Source of the DNA: a virus
Virus record (IMG/VR): IMGVR_UViG_3300014835_000071
Coordinates: 1 to 27,337 of that record
DNA: 27,337 nt
Direction: 5' to 3' (one strand)
Below, in pieces: positions 1 to 6,197 of this stretch (the first letter of the stretch is position 1; every line of letters starts with the position of its first letter). The position numbers and the translations under genes are program-made. The notes beneath the pieces are model-generated. The model saw only the letters and a list, made by a program, of their open reading frames with translations. It was not told the origin of the DNA and searched no databases.

Positions 1-1326
1 CTTTCTAATAAAACTATCTTTATTTGTTAATAATTTCAATAAAAATTCTTGATGATCCTTTAACGCAGATAATTCATTTATGCTATTCCAATTTATTTCC
101 TGAAGTGCCGAGTTACTGAGCTGGGTGATCTGTTCCTGATAGGGATCAGTTTCTACATTTTTAATTTTTAATTGCTCAATTAACGTTTGTAAATTATGTT
201 GATGCTGTAACGCTTCAGCTATTGTTCTATAATAGGTCACTGGTTGCTGAATTAACTCACCAATCCCATTCATTTCAGCAACTATCGCAGTGAGGTCAAT
301 ATTAACTTTTTCAAAATATATATAGTTATCAGTTAGATTATTTTCAACTATTGCGGTAATGGCAGCATGATCGTGATCTAGCAATGTTTGACTACATACA
401 TGGCATATTTTATTAGTCATTGAATCTAATTCAATGACGTTTCGATTGACCATTTTTTCTGCTTGTGCTACTGTATCGGAGCATACCGCATGTTCTTTTT
501 TTAATCGTCTGATGTTATTAACTTGGTCATTATAAGCAACGGTGGTACCATGCGTTTCTAATTCAGTCTCGATATCAAGACTTGTTAATTCGGCAATCTC
601 CTTATTGATTTTATTAATGGTGAACGTATGTTGTGTATTCCATGACTGTTGTCGTGTGATTAATGTATCGATACTTTGCTGAATTTTTTCATTTGACTTA
701 GTTGCCGCCTCGATATCAGCATTTTCTTGACAGATTAAATCTTTGGATTGCTTTATTTGTTCTTTTAATACTTCGGCTTTTTCACTCAGTACAGTTATGC
801 CCAATAATTGTTCAATAATAACCCGTTGGTCATTTGCCTTCATGGCAAGAAATGGTTCCGTGTAGGTATTCAATGAAACAATATGCTTAAACATATCATG
901 ACTCATCCCTAGTAAACTGTTCACATCATGCTGGGTTTCTCGCATGTCGCCTTGTGAATCATTGCTTTCAGGTGCTTCATTTAGTTCGTCATTGACATAG
1001 AATTTCATGACATTTGGTCTTCTGCCACGCTCTATTCTATAATTAACATTGTTTTTTGAAAAAGTCAATGATACTAACATATTCTTGTTATTGACACAGT
1101 TTATCAGATTATCTTTTTTAATACTGTTTAATGCTACGCCAAATAACGCATAACTAAGCGCATTGCACAATGTTGTTTTTCCAACTCCGTTCCGGTTGCC
1201 ATCGCCACCTAAGTCTAAATTTTCACCAATTACTAATGTTAAATTTTCTTTATTGAGCTGAACTGCTTGTGTTTGGTTGCCTACACTTAGGAAATTTTTA
1301 ATCGTTAATTCTTTAAATTCAATCAT
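1..1326 (-). CDS. gp46: Recombination endonuclease ATPase subunit, T4 gp46 / SbcC / Rad50-like (3' end runs off the window)
   Basis: Not in the ORF track because it has no stop in the window. Manual translation from ATG at 1326 gives MIEFKELTIKNFLSVGNQTQ...GENLDLGGDGNRNGVGKTTLCNALSYALFG (KNF motif plus Walker A), then a coiled coil and an in-frame zinc-hook CHVC at 394-405. The ATG overlaps the gp47 stop (ATGA). Confidence 0.93.
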   Translation of the reverse strand, partial: MIEFKELTIKNFLSVGNQTQAVQLNKENLTLVIGENLDLGGDGNRNGVGKTTLCNALSYALFGVALNSIKKDNLINCVNNKNMLVSLTFSKNNVNYRIERGRRPNVMKFYVNDELNEAPESNDSQGDMRETQHDVNSLLGMSHDMFKHIVSLNTYTEPFLAMKANDQRVIIEQLLGITVLSEKAEVLKEQIKQSKDLICQENADIEAATKSNEKIQQSIDTLITRQQSWNTQHTFTINKINKEIAELTSLDIETELETHGTTVAYNDQVNNIRRLKKEHAVCSDTVAQAEKMVNRNVIELDSMTNKICHVCSQTLLDHDHAAITAIVENNLTDNYIYFEKVNIDLTAIVAEMNGIGELIQQPVTYYRTIAEALQHQHNLQTLIEQLKIKNVETDPYQEQITQLSNSALQEINWNSINELSALKDHQEFLLKLLTNKDSFIRK

Positions 1327-2339
1327 AATCCGTTGTAAATTCCCAGTAAAATATTGTTATTGAATGATTCAGAATTGATACTTATTATTTGATTTGACAC
1401 AATAGTATCGATGCTTTCGAAAATTGGAGCATCGATGGTGCTATTAATGTCAAACTCTTTTTTCTCTATTATCAAGGTTAATTCACGCAAGTTATATTCT
1501 GACATAAATTTTTCTTTGATAAATTTGGCTTCTTCGAAACTAATTTCAACATCCATTGATACTTTAATATGCTGATTTGGTTTAAGCATATTATCAGCAG
1601 TGTCTAAGAATTGACTAAGTTTTAATGTTCTAAAAGTAGGCTGATTGGGCCACGCATAGTATTGTGGTTGACCATCCCATTCTAGTACCATCATGCCTCG
1701 ATCATCATCCCATGTATCTGCGAAATTATGCGGGAATGCGTTTCCAATATAATGCATATTATTACGAGATTGACGTTTATGAAAATGACCACTGAAGCCC
1801 ATTTCATATTTTTGAAAATTGTCAAGTTGTAATTCAGCATGGTCTGGCATTTGTACCATTGCATTCATGAAAAAATGCGGTAACTCAAAGTGACCAAATA
1901 TATACTTACCACCTTTTTTACCAATTTGCTTCCATTCATCACCAACTAACCACGGACACATCGTCACCCCTTTGATGGTTATTGGGTGAGTGATTACTGT
2001 GATGCCTGGGATATATTTGCCAAATTCAGCAGAATGAATATCTCGTTTATCCTTGAAGTATAAATCATGATTGCCTGGGAAGAAGAAAAATTGTTCAAAC
2101 GCACTGCCTAATTTTTCCAGAATACGTAATGAAGAATCCATTGTAACTACATTCAATGTGTTACGATTGTGATGGAAATCCCCTAGAAATAAACCAGTTT
2201 CACATCCTTCATCTTGTGCTTTTTGTATATACCAATCGATAAAATCTTCACAATCTTTGTTATGAACACTACTGTTAGATTTCAGACCAAGGTGTAAATC
2301 AGTAAATACTGCCGCTTTTTTAAATAAGTTCATAGTCAT
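1323..2339 (-). CDS. gp47: Recombination endonuclease nuclease subunit, T4 gp47 / SbcD / Mre11-like metallophosphoesterase
   Basis: Phosphoesterase motifs DLHLG, GDFHH, GNHD, GHF and SGHFH; directly upstream of the gp46-like gene. The start may be the second ATG at 2333. Confidence 0.93.
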   Translation of the reverse strand: MTMNLFKKAAVFTDLHLGLKSNSSVHNKDCEDFIDWYIQKAQDEGCETGLFLGDFHHNRNTLNVVTMDSSLRILEKLGSAFEQFFFFPGNHDLYFKDKRDIHSAEFGKYIPGITVITHPITIKGVTMCPWLVGDEWKQIGKKGGKYIFGHFELPHFFMNAMVQMPDHAELQLDNFQKYEMGFSGHFHKRQSRNNMHYIGNAFPHNFADTWDDDRGMMVLEWDGQPQYYAWPNQPTFRTLKLSQFLDTADNMLKPNQHIKVSMDVEISFEEAKFIKEKFMSEYNLRELTLIIEKKEFDINSTIDAPIFESIDTIVSNQIISINSESFNNNILLGIYNGL

Positions 2340-2361
2340 CCGTTACTGTGTGATAATATTT

Positions 2362-2380
2362 CCAATTGAATCCCAATTGG
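2362..2380. other. Short intergenic inverted repeat (possible hairpin or protein-binding site)
   Basis: CCAATTG-aatcc-CAATTGG, a 7-bp perfect stem in the gap between the endonuclease gene and gp47. No U-tract follows, so it is not a clear terminator. Confidence 0.35.
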
Positions 2381-2402
2381 CATTTTACTAAGTTGATTCT
2401 TA

Positions 2403-4121
2403 CTATTTCATCAGTTTAAAGACATATTGACCGCAATCCCATACTTTGTCAAACCCATGATTGGTCATATTTTGATTAGCGGTTAATAGTGGGTTAAAAT
2501 TTGCTAATTTATCTTTCATAAGATGTTTCTGCCATTGATAACGTGAACCTGCATATTTTCCTGCCTTTGTAATGTAAAAAAATCCGGGTGGTGATATTGA
2601 AGCTAGTTCAAATCCTAATTTATTATAAACATTTCCAATACTATATCTACGATTGCAATAAGAAATTAATTCATCATTGGTATTCATGTGGTATTTTATA
2701 AAATGCTTTATTAATTTACTGGCACCACCTACTGCCTGTAGTCCAGCGGTAGAACATAATCTCAATAGCTCAAATGTATTTGAACGCTTAGTAAATCTAG
2801 GCTTACCAAAGGTAGCTACCATAACTAATTGCTCATTGATATCAAATAGCCCAATATTAATAGAACTTGAGACATCGCCCTGCAGATGATTGGCATTGAT
2901 AAAATCTTTTTTATTTATATACTGGATATCTTTGACAACAGTCTGTCTGGCATAAATTCGATCACCCAATCCAAGTTTACTATTGATGAGGTTTGTTACT
3001 TGATCCCACTTGGTGTTTAATTCAAAATCCCAAAATTGCAATAATTCAATACCGAGTGCTATACAACTATCTGTTTTTAGCAAATGATATTGTTCAAATC
3101 TATTGAATTTCTCGGAGTGATAGTAACATCCATTGACCTCTATAGCAAGCTTTTTTTCAGGAAAATATAAATCTAATTCTTTTGGTGGAATTATACTTCT
3201 GGTATTATTAACTAATGTAAGTTGTGAAGTACGATAGTATTCATTCAGTCGGCGTTCCAACTCGCTAGCTGGATGATGAACAACTTCAATGCCTAATGAC
3301 TGAAATATTTTACACAAATTACTGGCACTAACGCCAATATCATTTGCTATTTCACCAATAGTTTTACCAGAGTTGTGTTCATCAGTTAACCATTTAACAT
3401 CATTAATTTTGCTGGCAGTATCTGTTGTGTAATAATTATTTCGAAAAGTATCAATACTTTTCGCCCTGATTATTTTATTATTCAGTGGGTTAGCACATCC
3501 ATACCGTGCTATATTTGTATTCTTAACTTTATTTTTAATAATGGCATTGTGCATAGGATTATCAACGCCGTATCTTATGTTATTTGTATTTTTAACTTTA
3601 TTCTTGATAATGTCATTAAGCATAGGATTAATGGACCCATATCTTATGAGATTTGTTTGTGCTATTTTTTGTTTAGTATCAGTTAGTAACATTGTATGTG
3701 TGACATTATATTTTGCTAAATTGGAAAGCCTAACTTGGTCTTTGTATTGTTGGGTTTTGGTATAATGCTCAGCGCCAAATTTACGTAGACTAGTGGCTTT
3801 GACTTTATCCTGCCATTCAGTTGTTTGTGAATGCCATGCTTTGCCAAATGCCAACAGGTTATTCTGTTTGGTAATTTCTATTGAAAATTTAGCAGAACAT
3901 GATTTGCTACAGTATTTCCTATATGCTCGTAAATCAGGATGCCATGCTAACGGCATCCCGCACTTACAATTTGGTATATCAATTGAATTTTGCTTAATAT
4001 GATATATTATCTGTCTGGCATTTTTACTATTTAATTTAGCTGATATTAAATTTATAATGGCATGTTGCGGAATTTTTAGTAGCTTGGAAAATGAAATACG
4101 TTCATCATTTTCCAATGCCAT
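2403..4121 (-). CDS. Free-standing putative homing endonuclease: Zn finger + 23-aa repeats + HTH + Vsr/Hef-like PD-(D/E)xK nuclease + C-terminal GNAT/Mom-like domain
   Basis: CKC...YCSKSC at 3897-3968; six 23-aa repeats at 3459-3872; HTH-like KTIGEIANDIGVSASNLCKIF; SELE...ELDLYFPEKKLAIEVNGCYYHS nuclease motif; C-terminal FINANHLQG...FELLRLCS...GGASKL...SYCNRRYSIGNVYNKLGF...WDCG. The ORF is open to 4184, but ATG 4121 avoids overlap with the sigma gene, so the start is uncertain. Confidence 0.75.
   Translation of the reverse strand: MALENDERISFSKLLKIPQHAIINLISAKLNSKNARQIIYHIKQNSIDIPNCKCGMPLAWHPDLRAYRKYCSKSCSAKFSIEITKQNNLLAFGKAWHSQTTEWQDKVKATSLRKFGAEHYTKTQQYKDQVRLSNLAKYNVTHTMLLTDTKQKIAQTNLIRYGSINPMLNDIIKNKVKNTNNIRYGVDNPMHNAIIKNKVKNTNIARYGCANPLNNKIIRAKSIDTFRNNYYTTDTASKINDVKWLTDEHNSGKTIGEIANDIGVSASNLCKIFQSLGIEVVHHPASELERRLNEYYRTSQLTLVNNTRSIIPPKELDLYFPEKKLAIEVNGCYYHSEKFNRFEQYHLLKTDSCIALGIELLQFWDFELNTKWDQVTNLINSKLGLGDRIYARQTVVKDIQYINKKDFINANHLQGDVSSSINIGLFDINEQLVMVATFGKPRFTKRSNTFELLRLCSTAGLQAVGGASKLIKHFIKYHMNTNDELISYCNRRYSIGNVYNKLGFELASISPPGFFYITKAGKYAGSRYQWQKHLMKDKLANFNPLLTANQNMTNHGFDKVWDCGQYVFKLMK
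3459..3872 (-). repeat. Six tandem 23-aa (69-bp) repeats in the endonuclease, consensus (V/I)KxTNxxRYGxxNPMxNxxIKxK
   Basis: Units TKQNNLLAFGKAWHSQTTEWQDK / VKATSLRKFGAEHYTKTQQYKDQ / VRLSNLAKYNVTHTMLLTDTKQK / IAQTNLIRYGSINPMLNDIIKNK / VKNTNNIRYGVDNPMHNAIIKNK / VKNTNIARYGCANPLNNKIIRAK. Confidence 0.9.
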
Positions 4122-4134
4122 TAACTCAGTTAAT
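4120..4134. promoter_or_regulatory. Palindrome over the putative endonuclease start codon and ribosome-binding region
   Basis: ATTAACT-C-AGTTAAT, a perfect 7-1-7 inverted repeat overlapping the minus-strand ATG at 4121-4119. Confidence 0.4.
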
Positions 4135-4143
4135 AAATCGTTG

Positions 4144-4974
4144 TCATTCGTGTTCCAATCTATGTCTTCTTTCATCTGCCTCATATCCCCCAGAATTTGT
4201 CCTAGTAAAAGATGGATTTAATCCATTCATTTCCAATATATCATCACGTATGTTTTGATTCCTCTTCTCTATATTTATCACTCTGACGAAGGCATTGGTA
4301 CATGCTGCCGTGAAGTAAGCAAATGGGTTATCTGATTTAACTTCATCGAATTGTAGTCCAATTTGTGCTAGTTGTAAAATAGCTTGGCCTTTCATTTCAT
4401 CGTTGTAGGTATATCCACGAACATTTCCTCTAGTTGCGTAGCGTTCACATAGTTTTATCATCATTCTTGCTAGTGTGTCAGTAATTATACCAGCATTTTT
4501 ATCAAAATGTCCAGTAATTAAGTCACCTCGCCAATGGCTTTTGCCGACGCATATTAAAGTATCATTATCGGAATACTTCCAATGTTGAAATGGTTTAAAA
4601 TTCACCTTATCGTGTAAATCTGCTTCTGTTTTTGGATTTTTTTTACGAGTTGAATTAAGTGGTATATGATCATAAGTCATTACTCTGAATATTAAATCTA
4701 TCGTGGGAATTGAAGTATGTTCAAATTCGCATTCACTTATTTTTATCTTTTCACCAGTTGCCTTTCGTGCTGAATAGTCAAACTCGGACATTCGCTTTGC
4801 TTTATTTTTCTGTGCCAACTCGATTATTTGTGTATCGATATCTGACAACTCGGTAACTATTATGTCATATTGATGAAATGATGGTTCTGTAAAACTACAA
4901 TGTGAAGTTTTTGAACGGTGTATTTCTAGCAGCATATCTTTGTTATTAAGGTAATTTTTAGGTGTTCTAATCAT
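4144..4974 (-). CDS. gp55: Late-transcription RNA polymerase sigma factor, T4 gp55-like, with a large internal insertion
   Basis: N-terminal NYLNNKDML and C-terminal RGYTYNDEMKGQAILQL...FDEVKSDNPFAYFT...NAFVRVINIEK match the gp55 pattern. The gp55-gp47-gp46 order is T4-like. An AAGGA RBS precedes the ATG. Confidence 0.85.
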   Translation of the reverse strand: MIRTPKNYLNNKDMLLEIHRSKTSHCSFTEPSFHQYDIIVTELSDIDTQIIELAQKNKAKRMSEFDYSARKATGEKIKISECEFEHTSIPTIDLIFRVMTYDHIPLNSTRKKNPKTEADLHDKVNFKPFQHWKYSDNDTLICVGKSHWRGDLITGHFDKNAGIITDTLARMMIKLCERYATRGNVRGYTYNDEMKGQAILQLAQIGLQFDEVKSDNPFAYFTAACTNAFVRVINIEKRNQNIRDDILEMNGLNPSFTRTNSGGYEADERRHRLEHE

Positions 4975-5012
4975 TGATTTAAGTCCTTTTAAATGATTTA
5001 TAAATTATATAT

Positions 5013-5041
5013 ATTATACTACATTTAGATATTTTTGTCAA
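5013..5041 (-). promoter_or_regulatory. Perfect-consensus sigma70-type promoter for the leftward (sigma/endonuclease/gp47/gp46) block
   Basis: Minus strand TTGACA (5041-5036), 17-nt spacer, TATAAT (5018-5013), about 40 nt upstream of the sigma gene ATG. Confidence 0.9.
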
Positions 5042-5073
5042 CTAAATACTTCATACTATTAGGAATTATTATG
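5042..5073 (+). promoter_or_regulatory. Putative phage late promoter (CTAAATA) plus RBS for the structural block
   Basis: CTAAATA at 5042-5048 resembles the T4 late -10 element TATAAATA. It is followed by ACTATTAGGAATTATTATG; a near-identical arrangement precedes the gp6-like gene. Confidence 0.7.
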
Positions 5074-5892
5074 GCAATTGATACTGGGACATCTATACAA
5101 ACAGCAGTTGGGGCAGTTACTGCTCCAAGTTCTGCGACAAATGCGCTCCAATCAGCGATAGCTTCGGCATCAACCAGTGGGGTAATAAGCGCAGTGCGAT
5201 CTGCTAATATACCCGTTGGTGGTGAAGTAATTCCAGCGTCTGCCGGTGTTGCCGCTAAAGCTTCTTTCGGTAATATACTAGGTAATATACTAGGTGATTG
5301 GCGTGTTAGTTTAGGGCTAGTACTTGGCGATGCCGCTTTTCTTGCAAGTCCAATATTATTACCAATAACTCTGGCAGGTGGTTTAGTTTTTCCATATACG
5401 CCGCAAATTAATATAGGTGCGTCTGCCACTTATGCCACACAGTCCCCAGTGCATTCAAATTCATCATTTAGATCATTTAAAAATAGTGAACCATCGCAAA
5501 TAGAAATCTCAGCACCAATGTACGTCGAGGATGCTGAGCAGGCATTATATTGGTTAGCAGCAGTTCATTATTTGCGTTCATTGACTAAGATGTATACTGG
5601 AACTGGTACCAACACGGGTAATCCTCCACCAATTGTCCGACTGAATGGATACGGACCGTATGTATTTAACCATGTGCCGGTCGTTGTTACTAAGTTTTCG
5701 GTACAATTAAATGCCGATTGTGATTATATCAGTGCTACTGCGCTGGGGGTAGATTTGGGGCATGTACCGACTAAAAGCACACTTGCTATAACTTTACAGC
5801 CAATGTATAGCAAGGATAATGTTCGGAAGTTTAGTCTACAAGCATTTGCGACTGGTGCATATATTTTAGATCCATTTGCGGGGTATATGTAA
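5071..5892 (+). CDS. Baseplate / tail-tube initiator-like structural protein (T4 gp48/gp54-like fold suspected)
   Basis: First gene of the structural block; motifs DWRV, GGLVFPYTPQI, YLRSLTKMY, GNPPPIVRLNGYG, VPVVVTKFSV. ATG 5071 with an AGGA RBS is preferred over the track's TTG at 5035. Confidence 0.6.
   Translation: MAIDTGTSIQTAVGAVTAPSSATNALQSAIASASTSGVISAVRSANIPVGGEVIPASAGVAAKASFGNILGNILGDWRVSLGLVLGDAAFLASPILLPITLAGGLVFPYTPQINIGASATYATQSPVHSNSSFRSFKNSEPSQIEISAPMYVEDAEQALYWLAAVHYLRSLTKMYTGTGTNTGNPPPIVRLNGYGPYVFNHVPVVVTKFSVQLNADCDYISATALGVDLGHVPTKSTLAITLQPMYSKDNVRKFSLQAFATGAYILDPFAGYM
5269..5295 (+). repeat. Perfect 12-bp tandem duplication, in frame (GNIL-GNIL-G)
   Basis: GGTAATATACTA x2 followed by GGT. 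Confidence 0.9.
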
Positions 5893-5893
5893 C

Positions 5894-6196
5894 ATGGCGG
5901 TCAAATATTCAATGAGTAGCCCGTGGTTTTTAACACCAATTACTCAAAATGTATTGGGCATTTTAACAATTAGACCGGTTAGTGCTGAGATTGATGATTT
6001 TTTATATACAATTGAATCTCAATACACCAATCGACCTGATTTATTGGCATATGATCTATATGGTGATTCGAAATTGTGGTGGGTATTTATACAGCGTAAT
6101 TTAGATATAATACAAGACCCAATATTTGATTTCGTGCCAGGAAAACGGATATATATTCCAAAGAAAAGTAGTTTAAAATCAGCATTGGGGTTATAA
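5894..6196 (+). CDS. gp53: Baseplate wedge subunit, T4 gp53-like (LysM-like)
   Basis: YTIESQYTNRPDLLAYDLYGDSKLWWVF...IYIP motif. ATG 5894 lies 1 nt after the upstream TAA. Confidence 0.8.
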   Translation: MAVKYSMSSPWFLTPITQNVLGILTIRPVSAEIDDFLYTIESQYTNRPDLLAYDLYGDSKLWWVFIQRNLDIIQDPIFDFVPGKRIYIPKKSSLKSALGL

Positions 6197-6197
6197 C

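Noticed and set aside
2677-4002. Plus-strand 69-74 aa ORFs, some hydrophobic
   Set aside because: Antisense to the Lys/Asn-rich endonuclease gene, which explains the apparent hydrophobicity.
2340-4143. Group I intron or intein hosting the endonuclease
   Set aside because: Both flanking genes are intact and the non-coding flanks are too short for a ribozyme core; the gene is free-standing.
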